From the NCBI GenBank assembly GCA_963703345.1, contig OY969814.1, forward strand, positions 1-64,000: DNA of 64,000 bases, given 5' to 3'. The notes under the pieces were generated by a model that was given only the letters and a program-made list of their open reading frames with translations, did no database searches and was not told where the DNA came from. A program made the translations under genes and the position numbers. Origin of the DNA: an uncultured Chloroflexia bacterium. GTDB lineage: Bacteria; Chloroflexota; Dehalococcoidia; DSTF01; JALHUB01. Positions 28,746 through 38,017 of the stretch are shown piece after piece (positions within the stretch are counted from its first letter, which is position 1; each line of letters opens with the position of its first letter).

Positions 28746-31700
28746 ATGCGCGCTGGAACCATTCTTCGACTGTTGCTTGTGGGACTGGCGGGAGCGCTGG
28801 CTCTCCCGTTAGTAGTGGGTGTTGTGGCCCTGCGGGGGCCCGCACCCGGCGCCCGCGCTGCCGCCGGCGACCCAACCGTCATTGCCACCATCAGAACAGC
28901 GTGGGGTGGGCGCAGTCCCGATGCCGTGGCCGTCAACGCCAGCACGAACCGCATCTACGTGGCGAACGAAAGCACCAACAACGTCACCGTCATCGACGGC
29001 GCCAGCAACGCAGTCGTCGCCAGCATAGCGGTCGGGAGTTACCCATGGGGCGTGGCCGTCAACCCCAGCACGAACCGCATCTACGTGGCGAACCACGGCA
29101 GCAGCAACGTCTCCGTTATCGACGGCAACACCAACACCGTCCTCGGCACCCCCGTACCGGTCGGCACTAGCCCCTACGGCGTGGCCGTGGACCCCAACAC
29201 CAACCGTATCTACGTGGCGAACCACAATAGCGGCAACGTCTCCGTTATCGACGGCGCCGGCAACACGCTGGTCGGTACCCCCGTACCGGTCGGGAGTGGC
29301 CCCTGGGGCGTGGCCGTCGACCCCAACACGAACCTCATCTACGTGGCGAACGAAACCACCAACAACGTCACCGTCATAAGCGGCGCCAGCAACACGGTCG
29401 TGGGCACCCCCGTACCGGTCGGCCATTACCCCATAGACATCGCCGTCAACCCCAGCATGAACCGCATCTACGTGGCGAATGGTGGCAGCAACAACGTCTC
29501 CGTCATCGACGGGGCCAGCAACGCGGTGGTCGGCACCCCCGTACCGGTTGGCACTAGCTCCTACGGCGTGGCAGTCAACCCCAATACGAACCGCGTCTAC
29601 GTGGCGAACTTTGGCAGCAACAACGTCTCCATAATCGACGGTGCCACCAACACCGTCGTCGGCACCCCCGTACCGGTCGGCACTAACCCCTGGGGCGTGG
29701 CCGTCAACCCCAACACGAACCGCATCTACGTGGCGAACCACGGCAGCAGCAACGTCTCCGTTATCGACGGCAACACCAACACCGTCCTCGGCACCCCCGT
29801 ACCGGTCGGCACTAGCCCCTACGGCGTGGCCGTGGACCCCAACACCAACCGTATCTACGTGGCGAACGAAACCACCAACAACGTCACCGTCATAAACGGC
29901 GCCAGCAACACGGTCGTGGGCACCCCCGTGCCGGTCGGGAGTTCCCCCCGGGACGTGGCCGTCAACCCCAACACGAACCGCATCTACGTGGCGAACAACG
30001 TCAGCGACAACGTCTCCATAATCGACGGTGCCACCAACACCGTGCTGGCGACCGTTCCCTTGCCCGTCGGTTCCGAGCCCTGGGGCGTGGCCGTCAACCC
30101 CAGCACGAACCGCATCTACGTGGCGAACAACCTCAACAACAGCGTCTCCGTCATCGACGGCGCCGGTAACTCGGTCGTCGCCACCGTGCCGGTCGGGAGT
30201 TTCCCCCGGGACGTGGCCGTCAACCCCAACACGAACCGCATCTACGTGGCGAACTATGCTAGCAACAACGTCTCCGTCATCGACGGCGCCACCAACACCG
30301 TCGTCGGCACCCCCGTGCCGGTCGGGAGTGCCCCCCTGGGCGTGGCCGTGGACCCCAACACGAACCTCATCTACGTGGCGAACAATGGCAGCAACAGCGT
30401 CTCCGTCATCGACGGCGCCAGCAGGACGGTGGTCGCCACCGTGGGCATCGGGCTCTGGCCCGCAGGCGTGGCCGTCAACCCCAACACGAACCGCATCTAC
30501 GTGGCGAACTCGAGCAGCAACAACGTCTCCGTCATCGACGGCGCCAGCAACACGGTCGTGGGCACCCCCGTACCGGTCGGGAGTGGCCCCATGGGCGTCG
30601 CCGTCAACCCCAACACGAACCGCATCTACGTGGAGAACGAATACAGCAACAACGTCTCCGTCATCGACGGCGCGAGCAACACGGTCGTCGCCACCGTAGC
30701 GGTCGGGAGCTACCCCGTCGGCGTGGCCGTCAACCCCAGCACGAACCGCATCTACGTGACGAACTATGCCAGCAGCAACGTCTCCGTCATCGACGGCGCC
30801 AGCAACGCCGTCGTCGGCACCCCCGTACCGGTCGGGAATCTTCCCACGGGCGTGGCCGTCAACCCCATCACGAACCGCATTTACGTCGAGAGCAAATACT
30901 ACAGCAACGTCTCCGTCATCGACGGCGCCAGCAACACGGTCGTCGCCACCGTAGGCGTCGGGAGTTACCCCGTGGGCGTGGCCGTCAACCCCATCACGAA
31001 CCGCATTTACGTGACGAACGATAGCAGCAACAACGTCTCCGTCATCGACGGCGCCGGCAACAGCGTCGTCGCCACCGTAACGGTCGGGAATCTTCCCACG
31101 GGCGTGGACGTCAACCCCAGCACGAACCTCATCTACGTGGCCAACTCTGGCGACAACAACGTCTCCGTCATCGACGGCACCAGCAACACCGTCGTCGCCA
31201 CCCCCGTAGGGGTCGGCAACAGCCCCTACGGCGTAGCCGTTAACCTCACCACGAACCGCATCTACGCGGCGAACTACGGCGACGGCACGGTGTCGGTGAT
31301 CCAAGATTCCCCAAACACGTCCGCGGGCAGCAACGTGCCCGTGCCCTTGAATGGTGGCTTGGGTTTCATAGGTGGAACGGAGACCACGTTCTCCAGCGTC
31401 ACAGAGCCCGGCTATACCTCAGTGGATCTCCTCAGCAGCGGTCCGCTCCCGCCAACGGGCTACCAGGTTATAGGCATCGCTGGTCAGGCGCTCTACTTCG
31501 ACATCAACACCACTGCCATCTTCTCTGGCCCCGTCACAGTCTGCATAAGGTATGACCCGACGCAGGTAGTCGTAAAGGAGGCGAAGCTCAAGCTATGGCA
31601 CTACATGGCCGGAGCATTCAAGGACATCACGGTATCTGTGGACACCGTGAATCACGTTATCTGCGGCCAGACCATGAGCCTCTCTCCTTTCATCATTGCG

Positions 31701-31883
31701 CAGTCACCGCTTGCCGTCGGCGGCATAGCCGAGGCGCCGGACGTGGCCGGCCCATACTTGCAGGCCTCTGCCTCGGATAGGAGCCGCGTCCCCGTTCCAG
31801 CGGAAGTAGCCGCCCTGTTGGCCGCAGGCGTCGTGGCGCTAGGCGTCGGCGGGTGGTACGCCCGGAGGCGCCGGCAGAGATAG
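28746..31883 (+). CDS. Secreted YVTN/YncE beta-propeller repeat surface protein with C-terminal membrane anchor
   Basis: Signal peptide, 19 repeats, a beta-rich domain, VGGIAEAP linker, TM helix and RRRRQR tail. Confidence 0.9.
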   Translation: MRAGTILRLLLVGLAGALALPLVVGVVALRGPAPGARAAAGDPTVIATIRTAWGGRSPDAVAVNASTNRIYVANESTNNVTVIDGASNAVVASIAVGSYPWGVAVNPSTNRIYVANHGSSNVSVIDGNTNTVLGTPVPVGTSPYGVAVDPNTNRIYVANHNSGNVSVIDGAGNTLVGTPVPVGSGPWGVAVDPNTNLIYVANETTNNVTVISGASNTVVGTPVPVGHYPIDIAVNPSMNRIYVANGGSNNVSVIDGASNAVVGTPVPVGTSSYGVAVNPNTNRVYVANFGSNNVSIIDGATNTVVGTPVPVGTNPWGVAVNPNTNRIYVANHGSSNVSVIDGNTNTVLGTPVPVGTSPYGVAVDPNTNRIYVANETTNNVTVINGASNTVVGTPVPVGSSPRDVAVNPNTNRIYVANNVSDNVSIIDGATNTVLATVPLPVGSEPWGVAVNPSTNRIYVANNLNNSVSVIDGAGNSVVATVPVGSFPRDVAVNPNTNRIYVANYASNNVSVIDGATNTVVGTPVPVGSAPLGVAVDPNTNLIYVANNGSNSVSVIDGASRTVVATVGIGLWPAGVAVNPNTNRIYVANSSSNNVSVIDGASNTVVGTPVPVGSGPMGVAVNPNTNRIYVENEYSNNVSVIDGASNTVVATVAVGSYPVGVAVNPSTNRIYVTNYASSNVSVIDGASNAVVGTPVPVGNLPTGVAVNPITNRIYVESKYYSNVSVIDGASNTVVATVGVGSYPVGVAVNPITNRIYVTNDSSNNVSVIDGAGNSVVATVTVGNLPTGVDVNPSTNLIYVANSGDNNVSVIDGTSNTVVATPVGVGNSPYGVAVNLTTNRIYAANYGDGTVSVIQDSPNTSAGSNVPVPLNGGLGFIGGTETTFSSVTEPGYTSVDLLSSGPLPPTGYQVIGIAGQALYFDINTTAIFSGPVTVCIRYDPTQVVVKEAKLKLWHYMAGAFKDITVSVDTVNHVICGQTMSLSPFIIAQSPLAVGGIAEAPDVAGPYLQASASDRSRVPVPAEVAALLAAGVVALGVGGWYARRRRQR
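28917..31307 (+). repeat. 19 tandem coding repeats of about 126-132 bp (PxGVAVNPxTNRIYVANxxSNNVSVIDGAxNTVVxTxxVGxx)
   Basis: Counted in translation; 154-bp identical pair at 29069-29222 and 29714-29867. Confidence 0.95.
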
Positions 31884-31923
31884 GCTGCTCAGACGCTTAG
31901 CGCTGTCCGGTTGAGGTGAATCG

Positions 31924-32667
31924 CTATCCCGTCGGCGTTGGCGTGGCGACCACCGTGGGCGATGGCGTCGCGGACTCGTCGGCGTAGCGCAGGTAGTCGC
32001 CCGCGACCCAGCCGCTGCGACCCACCGGACGCCACCAGTCGTAGCCGTCGGCGGTCACCGGACCGTCCTCCAGCACTATCACCGTCCCGTCGGCGATGCA
32101 GTTGACCGCCGCTTCCTTGATCCCCGGCGCCACGCGCACGTTCAGGCACGTCCCCGTACCGCCGACGACGACCTTCGCGCCTTTCTCCAGCGGCCAGGGC
32201 GCTCCCGGCGCGTTCACCGTCTCCGGGTTCACCGGCAGCGTGCTCTCGACGGTCCAGGCGGTGCCCTGCTTGCGCAGGAAGACCCACGTCGTGAACTCGT
32301 AGGAGCTGGGCCCGATGAGGAACGCCTTGCGGTCCTGCCGGTCGCCGCGCGCCGCCGAGCATAGCCCGGTACCTTGCGGCACTATCGCCGTCGTGCAATC
32401 GCCGGCGTAGTCCTGCTTGAGCTGCGTCTTTATGTAGTCCGACAGCGCCTGCTCGACGCTGACCGTCTCGGCGGGCGTGCCGGTGACGCCGGCTTGCGGC
32501 GTGCCGGCGCTGCTCTTGTCGTCGCCGCCGTTGCCGCCGCCGCCCTTCAACGACATGCCGAGGAAGACGGCGCCGCCCGCAATGGCGACGATTATGATGA
32601 GGGCACCGACCCACTTGACGGGACCAAGCCGGGAGCCGCTCCCCAGCGGTGGTAGATTCTCAGTCAT
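31924..32667 (-). CDS. Membrane-anchored protein with bacterial SH3-like domain
   Basis: TM helix; CLNVR..PG...DG....V.ADGY.WW...GWVA..YL. Confidence 0.75.
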   Translation of the reverse strand: MTENLPPLGSGSRLGPVKWVGALIIIVAIAGGAVFLGMSLKGGGGNGGDDKSSAGTPQAGVTGTPAETVSVEQALSDYIKTQLKQDYAGDCTTAIVPQGTGLCSAARGDRQDRKAFLIGPSSYEFTTWVFLRKQGTAWTVESTLPVNPETVNAPGAPWPLEKGAKVVVGGTGTCLNVRVAPGIKEAAVNCIADGTVIVLEDGPVTADGYDWWRPVGRSGWVAGDYLRYADESATPSPTVVATPTPTG

Positions 32668-33520
32668 GTTGTCCGCCCTCCCTCTTGATTGACTTCTCGT
32701 CGCGCCACGGCTTGCCCGCGGCCAGGCGCAGGAAATCCTCGTGCACCAGCGCTCCGCCGGCTATAGCGCCCTCGCTGTAGAGGCCTATCGGGCCGCCTTC
32801 GCGATCGGTTATGACGCCGCCGGCCTCCCGCAGGAGGAGGATGCCGGCCGCCAGGTCCCAGGGGTAGAGAAGGTTGTGCACGAACAGGTCGTAGCGACCG
32901 CACGCGGCGTAGGCGAGGCCCAGCGCCGCGCTTCCCGGAATACGAATCGCCTGCATGCCGGGCCAGAGCTCGCACATCAAGTTGAGCATGAGGTTGGCGC
33001 GCCCGTCGTCGTAGCCCATGTCGAAGCCCATGACCGACGATTGCAACGAATCCCTCTTCGAAACGTGCAGCGGCTGTTCGCCGAGCCAAGCGCCCTGGCC
33101 CTTCAGCGCGCGAAAAAGCTCGTCGTGCACGGGGTCGAACGTCCAGCCGGCAAGCGGCTCGCCGGCGAAGCAGAGGGCGATGTTGATGCAGAAGAAGGGG
33201 ATGCCGCTGACGTAGTTGCGCGTGCCGTCGAGGGGGTCGACGACCCAGGTCCAGCCGCGGCGGGCGTTCACGGAGGGACTGGTCTCCTCCGAAAGCAGGG
33301 CATGGTCAGGGAACTCCTCGGCGAGCGTCCGCTGGATGTGCGTTTCGATGGCCAGGTCCACCTGGGTGACGAGGTTGCCGCGGCCCTTCACGGTCACGGC
33401 CTGGGGCTGGTGAAAGCGCTCCATCGCCAGACGCCCGCCCTCGGCGAGACAGCGGCGGGCCACTGACTCCGCGTTGTCGCCGCTTCGGGCGACCGGCAGT
33501 TCGAGCGACCGGCTAGACAT
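32660..33520 (-). CDS. Inositol monophosphatase family protein
   Basis: NLVT..D, SEE, WVVDPLDGT.NY, GSAAL, PWDLAAG. Confidence 0.92.
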   Translation of the reverse strand: MSSRSLELPVARSGDNAESVARRCLAEGGRLAMERFHQPQAVTVKGRGNLVTQVDLAIETHIQRTLAEEFPDHALLSEETSPSVNARRGWTWVVDPLDGTRNYVSGIPFFCINIALCFAGEPLAGWTFDPVHDELFRALKGQGAWLGEQPLHVSKRDSLQSSVMGFDMGYDDGRANLMLNLMCELWPGMQAIRIPGSAALGLAYAACGRYDLFVHNLLYPWDLAAGILLLREAGGVITDREGGPIGLYSEGAIAGGALVHEDFLRLAAGKPWRDEKSIKREGGQHD

Positions 33521-33759
33521 GCGACAGCCTATCTCTGGGCGAAGCGCGAAGCCCCCGCGCCAGGTAGGGAAATCGTAGCACGCGACACATAGCGGCGGCA
33601 AGGAGAGCGGGACTTTCGCGCGACGGCGGTGCGCCATCCCCGGGCCGCTCGGGTTGCCGAGCGGCCCCGCGTGCGACAGTAACGTCGCAGCGTCGAGAAT
33701 GGCGTCGTTGAGTATGCTCGACCTCCCGCAACCGGCTCGAGGAGCCTTCTAATCACAGC

Positions 33760-33808
33760 TTGACTTTCTGGGGAAAGCCTGCTAGAGTTAGTGTACGTTT
33801 GACACTAA
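33760..33808 (+). promoter_or_regulatory. nadA promoter TTGACT-N17-TAGAGT with NrtR-type box TTAGTGT-ACGTTTG-ACACTAA (33788-33808)
   Basis: 21-bp palindrome with GT-N7-AC core over the expected start site, upstream of NAD synthesis genes. Confidence 0.75.
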
Positions 33809-33858
33809 GTCCCACCTCCGGGATGTGCGGACGCCCCAGCCGAGCAGAGGAGGCCGCA

Positions 33859-35049
33859 ATGGTCAAAGAGGCCCTTCTTCCACCGACCGGCCGCCTGCTG
33901 CCGTGCGATCCCGTCGCCACCGTTCCCCTCGACCAGCAGCTTGCGTTCGCTCGCTGGCAGCAGGACATCCCGCTCGACTACCGCTCCCTCGCCGCGCCGG
34001 AACTCATGGACCGTATCGCCGCGGCGAAAGCGACGCTTGGCGAACGGCTCGTCATCCTCGGCCACCACTATCAGCGCGATGACGTCATTCGCTTCGCCGA
34101 CCAGCGCGGCGATTCGCTCAAGCTGGCGCAGTGGGCCGCGGGCAATCGACGCGCCGACTACGTCGTCTTCTGCGGCGTTCATTTCATGGCGGAGAGCGCC
34201 GACATCCTCTGCGCCGCGCATCAGCAGGTCGTCCTGCCCAACATGACCGCCGGCTGCTCTATGGCCGACATGGCCTCCGCCGCCGACGTCCGCTCCTGCT
34301 GGCAAGAGCTCGAAGATGCGGGGCTCGCCGCTGACACGCTCCCCGTCACCTACATCAACTCGACGGCGGCGCTCAAGGCCTTCTGCGGCGAGCGCGGCGG
34401 CGTCGTCTGCACCTCGTCGAACGCGCCCGCCGTCTTCCGCTGGGCGCTGGCACAGAGGCGACGCGTCCTCTTCTTCCCCGACGAGCACCTGGGCCGCGTG
34501 ACCGGCCGCTCTCTCAGCCTATCGACGACGGAGATGCCGGTCTGGCGCCGCCGGTCGCCGTGGGGAAACCTAGGCGGAAACGACGCCGCGACGCTGCGCG
34601 ACAGTCGGATCGTCCTCTGGAACGGCTATTGCGGCGTCCACCAGCGCTTCACCGTCGAGCAGGTCCGCCGCGTCCGAGAGCAGCTTCCCAGCGTGCGCGT
34701 CGTCGTCCACCCGGAGTGCCGGCTGGAGGTTGTCGAGGCGGCGGATAGCTACGGTTCGACCGAGCACATCATCCGCGCCGTCGTCGAATCGCCGGCGGGC
34801 AGCCGCTGGGCCGTCGGCACAGAGATAAACCTGGTCAACCGTCTCGGCCGCGAGAACCCCGACAAGACCGTCGTCTCGCTCGACGCCGACCCGTGCCCCT
34901 GCTCGACGATGTACCGCATTCATCCCGCCTATCTTTGCTGGGTGCTCGAGAGCCTGGTGGAAGGCGAAGTGGTGAACCGGGTGATGGTCGAACCGGAGAC
35001 GGCCGGCTACGCCAAGCTCGCCCTCGACCGCATGCTGGCGCTCGGGTAG
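33859..35049 (+). CDS. nadA: Quinolinate synthase
   Basis: ILGHHYQ, GDS, FCGVHFMAE, AGCSMA, YINS, CTSSNA, GYC.VH, HPEC, GTE; GAGGAGG before ATG 33859. Confidence 0.96.
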   Translation: MVKEALLPPTGRLLPCDPVATVPLDQQLAFARWQQDIPLDYRSLAAPELMDRIAAAKATLGERLVILGHHYQRDDVIRFADQRGDSLKLAQWAAGNRRADYVVFCGVHFMAESADILCAAHQQVVLPNMTAGCSMADMASAADVRSCWQELEDAGLAADTLPVTYINSTAALKAFCGERGGVVCTSSNAPAVFRWALAQRRRVLFFPDEHLGRVTGRSLSLSTTEMPVWRRRSPWGNLGGNDAATLRDSRIVLWNGYCGVHQRFTVEQVRRVREQLPSVRVVVHPECRLEVVEAADSYGSTEHIIRAVVESPAGSRWAVGTEINLVNRLGRENPDKTVVSLDADPCPCSTMYRIHPAYLCWVLESLVEGEVVNRVMVEPETAGYAKLALDRMLALG

Positions 35050-35085
35050 CGGCTCGCGTTCGCAGAGCCTCACAAGAGGACCGTC

Positions 35086-35463
35086 ATGCAAATCGACTTG
35101 GACCACGCTCATCTCTTCGCTTCGGACATCGACGCGACGATCCGCTGGTGGTGTGACATGCTCGGCGCCCGCGTGGTTTTCGATCTCGAGGTCGCGGGTG
35201 CGCGGAACGTTCGGCTGGCCGTTGGTCGCGGCTCCATCAATCTCTACGACCAGCCGCCGCGGGTTGCCGGTTCGGGTAGCGTCCACCATCTGGGCATCCA
35301 GACGGACGACCTCGAAGCGCTCGTCGCCTCCATGGAGGCAAAAGGCTTCCAATTCCGACGCCGGATCACGGACGCTGGGACCGTGAAGTACGTGATGGCT
35401 CGCGCTCCTAGCGATGTCCTGCTAGAGCTGTTCGAGGCGCCGGAACTGAAGGCGACTCAATGA
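35086..35463 (+). CDS. VOC/glyoxalase family protein
   Basis: LDHAHL...D, VHHLGI.TDDL, P..VLLELFE. Confidence 0.85.
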   Translation: MQIDLDHAHLFASDIDATIRWWCDMLGARVVFDLEVAGARNVRLAVGRGSINLYDQPPRVAGSGSVHHLGIQTDDLEALVASMEAKGFQFRRRITDAGTVKYVMARAPSDVLLELFEAPELKATQ

Positions 35464-36998
35464 AACAGTACGACTACGTCATCGTTGGCTCGGGCATCGC
35501 CGGCTTGTTCGCCGCGCTGCTTGCCAAGGACCACGGCCGCGTCCTCATCCTCACGAAGGACTCCATCGACGAGTGCAACACGAAGCACGCCCAGGGCGGC
35601 ATCGCCGCGCCCGTCGGGCCCGACGACTCGCCCGAGCTGCACCTGCGCGATACGCTGGCCGCCGGCGCCGGCCTGGTCGATGAAGAGGCGGCGCGCATTC
35701 TGACCAGCGAGGCGACCGAGCGCATCGCCGACCTCGTGCGCTTCGGCGTCCCCTTCGATAGCAGTGAGGGCCACGTCGAGCTCGGCCGCGAAGGCGCCCA
35801 TAGCCGCGCCCGCGTCCTCCACGCCGGCGGCGACTCCACCGGCGAGCACATCGAGCTCTCGCTCAGCAGCCTCGCGCGCATGTCTTCGGTGACGGTCCGC
35901 GAGTACAGCCTCGTCGAAGAAATTCTGACCGAAGGTGAAGTCACCTGCGGCGTCCAGTCGCTCGACGTTCGCTCCGGCGACCGTGAGCGCGTCGACGCGC
36001 GATTCGTCATCCTGGCAACCGGCGGCGCGGGCCACCTCTACCGCGTCACAACGAATCCGGAGGTGGCCACCGGCGACGGCGTGGCGCTGGCCTATCGCGC
36101 CGGCGCCGAGATCGCGGACATGGAGTTCTTCCAGTTCCACCCGACAGCGCTGCGCCTGCCCGGCGTGCCTGCCTTCCTCATCTCCGAGGCGGTGCGCGGC
36201 GAGGGCGGCGTCCTCCGCGACGAGAAGGGACGCGCCTTCATGACCGAGTACCACCCTCAGAGGGACCTGGCGCCCCGCGACGTCGTCGCCCGCGCCATCG
36301 TCGCCGAGATGACGCGCAGCGGCGCCGACCATGTGGACCTCGACGTGACGCATCTGCCGCCGGAGAAAGTCAGCGCCCGCTTCCCGCAGATCTACCGCTT
36401 CTGCCTGGATCACGGCGTCGACATCACGCGCCAGCCCATTCCCGTCTCACCGGCGGCCCACTATATGATGGGCGGCGTCCGGACGAACACCTGGGGCGAG
36501 ACGAACCTGCGCGGGCTCTACGCTTGCGGTGAGGTCGCCTGCACCGGCGTCCACGGCGCCAACCGTCTGGCGAGCAACTCGCTGCTGGAGACGGTCGTCT
36601 TCGCCCGTCGCGTCGTCGAAAGGACAGTCGACGCTGGCGAGCCGCAACCTCTGCCAAATGTCCAGACGATTCCCCTGCCGGATGCGTCGCCTGGGTCGAA
36701 GGCGAACCCGCCACTCGATAGGCCGGCGCTGCAATCGATCATGTGGGACGACGTCGGTATCATTCGGAGCGGCGAATCGCTCAGCCGCGCACGAGCGACG
36801 CTCTCCGCCTGGCAGAGCAGCCTTCCGCCGGCCCACGACCGCCCTTCGCACGAGCTGGCGAACCTGCTGCTGGTCGGCCGCCTGGTCACAGAAGCGGCGT
36901 TCCTGCGCGAGGAGAGTCGCGGCGCCCACTTCCGCAGCGACTTCCCGGAGCCGCGCGATTCCTGGCGTCGCCACATCGTATTTCGAAGAGATGACTGA
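35460..36998 (+). CDS. nadB: L-aspartate oxidase
   Basis: GSGIAG, AQGGIAA, REGAHS..R.LHAGGD.TG, QFHPT, AHY.MGG, GVHGANRLASNSLLE, ESRGAHFR. Confidence 0.96.
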   Translation: MKQYDYVIVGSGIAGLFAALLAKDHGRVLILTKDSIDECNTKHAQGGIAAPVGPDDSPELHLRDTLAAGAGLVDEEAARILTSEATERIADLVRFGVPFDSSEGHVELGREGAHSRARVLHAGGDSTGEHIELSLSSLARMSSVTVREYSLVEEILTEGEVTCGVQSLDVRSGDRERVDARFVILATGGAGHLYRVTTNPEVATGDGVALAYRAGAEIADMEFFQFHPTALRLPGVPAFLISEAVRGEGGVLRDEKGRAFMTEYHPQRDLAPRDVVARAIVAEMTRSGADHVDLDVTHLPPEKVSARFPQIYRFCLDHGVDITRQPIPVSPAAHYMMGGVRTNTWGETNLRGLYACGEVACTGVHGANRLASNSLLETVVFARRVVERTVDAGEPQPLPNVQTIPLPDASPGSKANPPLDRPALQSIMWDDVGIIRSGESLSRARATLSAWQSSLPPAHDRPSHELANLLLVGRLVTEAAFLREESRGAHFRSDFPEPRDSWRRHIVFRRDD

Positions 36999-37860
36999 AG
37001 AGCAACACGACCTCGACGAAGAATACCTGCGCCGAATCGCGCTGGCCGCGCTGGAGGAAGACGGCGCCTTCGACGACGTAACCACCGCCGCCCTCGTCCC
37101 GGCCGACTTGTCGGGCAAGGCGGTGCTCCTCGCCAAGCAGGCCGGCGTCGTTGCCGGACTGCCCGTTGCCGCCGCCGTCTTCTATGCCGTCGACCCGTCG
37201 CTCTTCTTCCAGGCGCTCATCGCCGAGGGCGCGCGCGTCCAGCCGGGCGATGTCCTCGCGGAGATCGATGGGCCGGTGAACGCCATCCTTCGCGGCGAGC
37301 GCGTCGCTCTGAACCTGCTGCAGCGCCTCTCCGGCATCGCCACGGCCACCACCCGCCTCGTCGACGCCGTCGCCGGCCTGCCGACGCGCATTCTCGATAC
37401 CCGCAAGACGACGCCCGGTCTCCGCGCCCTGGAGCGCTATGCCGTTAGGATGGGCGGCGGGCAGAACCACCGCTGGAACCTGGCGACAGGCATTCTCGTC
37501 AAAGACAACCACTGGCGCGCCGTCGAGGCCGCGGGCGGCAGCATTGAGAGCGCCGTTCGGCGGTTGCGGGAGCGCGCGCCCGCCATGCCCGTCGAAGTGG
37601 AGGTCACGTCGATCGAGGAAGCGCGACAGGCGCTCGCCGCCGGCGTCGACGTCCTGCTGCTCGACAACATGCCCCCGGAGGAGATGCGCCGTGTCGTGAA
37701 GATCGCGCGCGGCCGGGCCACGACCGAGGCGTCGGGCGGGATCACGGAAGCGACGGTGCGGACGGTCGCGGAAACGGGCGTCGATTGCATTTCCGTCGGC
37801 GCCGTCACGCACTCAGCGCCCGCGCTGGACATCAGCCTGGAACTAGAGGCGCTGCCATGA
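36991..37860 (+). CDS. nadC: Nicotinate-nucleotide pyrophosphorylase (carboxylating)
   Basis: ER.ALN.LQ.LSGIAT, DTRKTTPG, NHR..L, KDNH, EVEV, LLDN, EASGG; start ATG 36991. Confidence 0.96.
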   Translation: MTEEQHDLDEEYLRRIALAALEEDGAFDDVTTAALVPADLSGKAVLLAKQAGVVAGLPVAAAVFYAVDPSLFFQALIAEGARVQPGDVLAEIDGPVNAILRGERVALNLLQRLSGIATATTRLVDAVAGLPTRILDTRKTTPGLRALERYAVRMGGGQNHRWNLATGILVKDNHWRAVEAAGGSIESAVRRLRERAPAMPVEVEVTSIEEARQALAAGVDVLLLDNMPPEEMRRVVKIARGRATTEASGGITEATVRTVAETGVDCISVGAVTHSAPALDISLELEALP

Positions 37861-37921
37861 TCCGCGGATCAACTAGACGGGGACAAGCGTGATATTTGTT
37901 CCGTGGTCGGTAGAATCAGTT

Positions 37922-37989
37922 CTGCGGGATGAATCCCGCAGCCTGCACCCGACATCGCTTTGCGAAGGCTGAGGGTTTCCGACCCTCAG
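37922..37989. repeat. Pair of REP-like palindromes CTGCGGGAT-GA-ATCCCGCAG and CTGAGGGTT-TCC-GACCCTCAG
   Basis: Two related hairpins between convergent genes; the second recurs at 47700. Confidence 0.6.
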
Positions 37990-38017
37990 AATCGTTCAAA
38001 TACCCGCACGACTGATT

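Noticed and set aside
28809-31304. 831-aa antisense ORF with repeats
   Set aside because: Mirror of the YVTN repeat gene; stop-free because of codon bias.
28917-31307. CRISPR array or DGR target
   Set aside because: Repeats are in-frame coding units without unique spacers; no cas or reverse transcriptase gene in the window, and variation is not obviously adenine-restricted.
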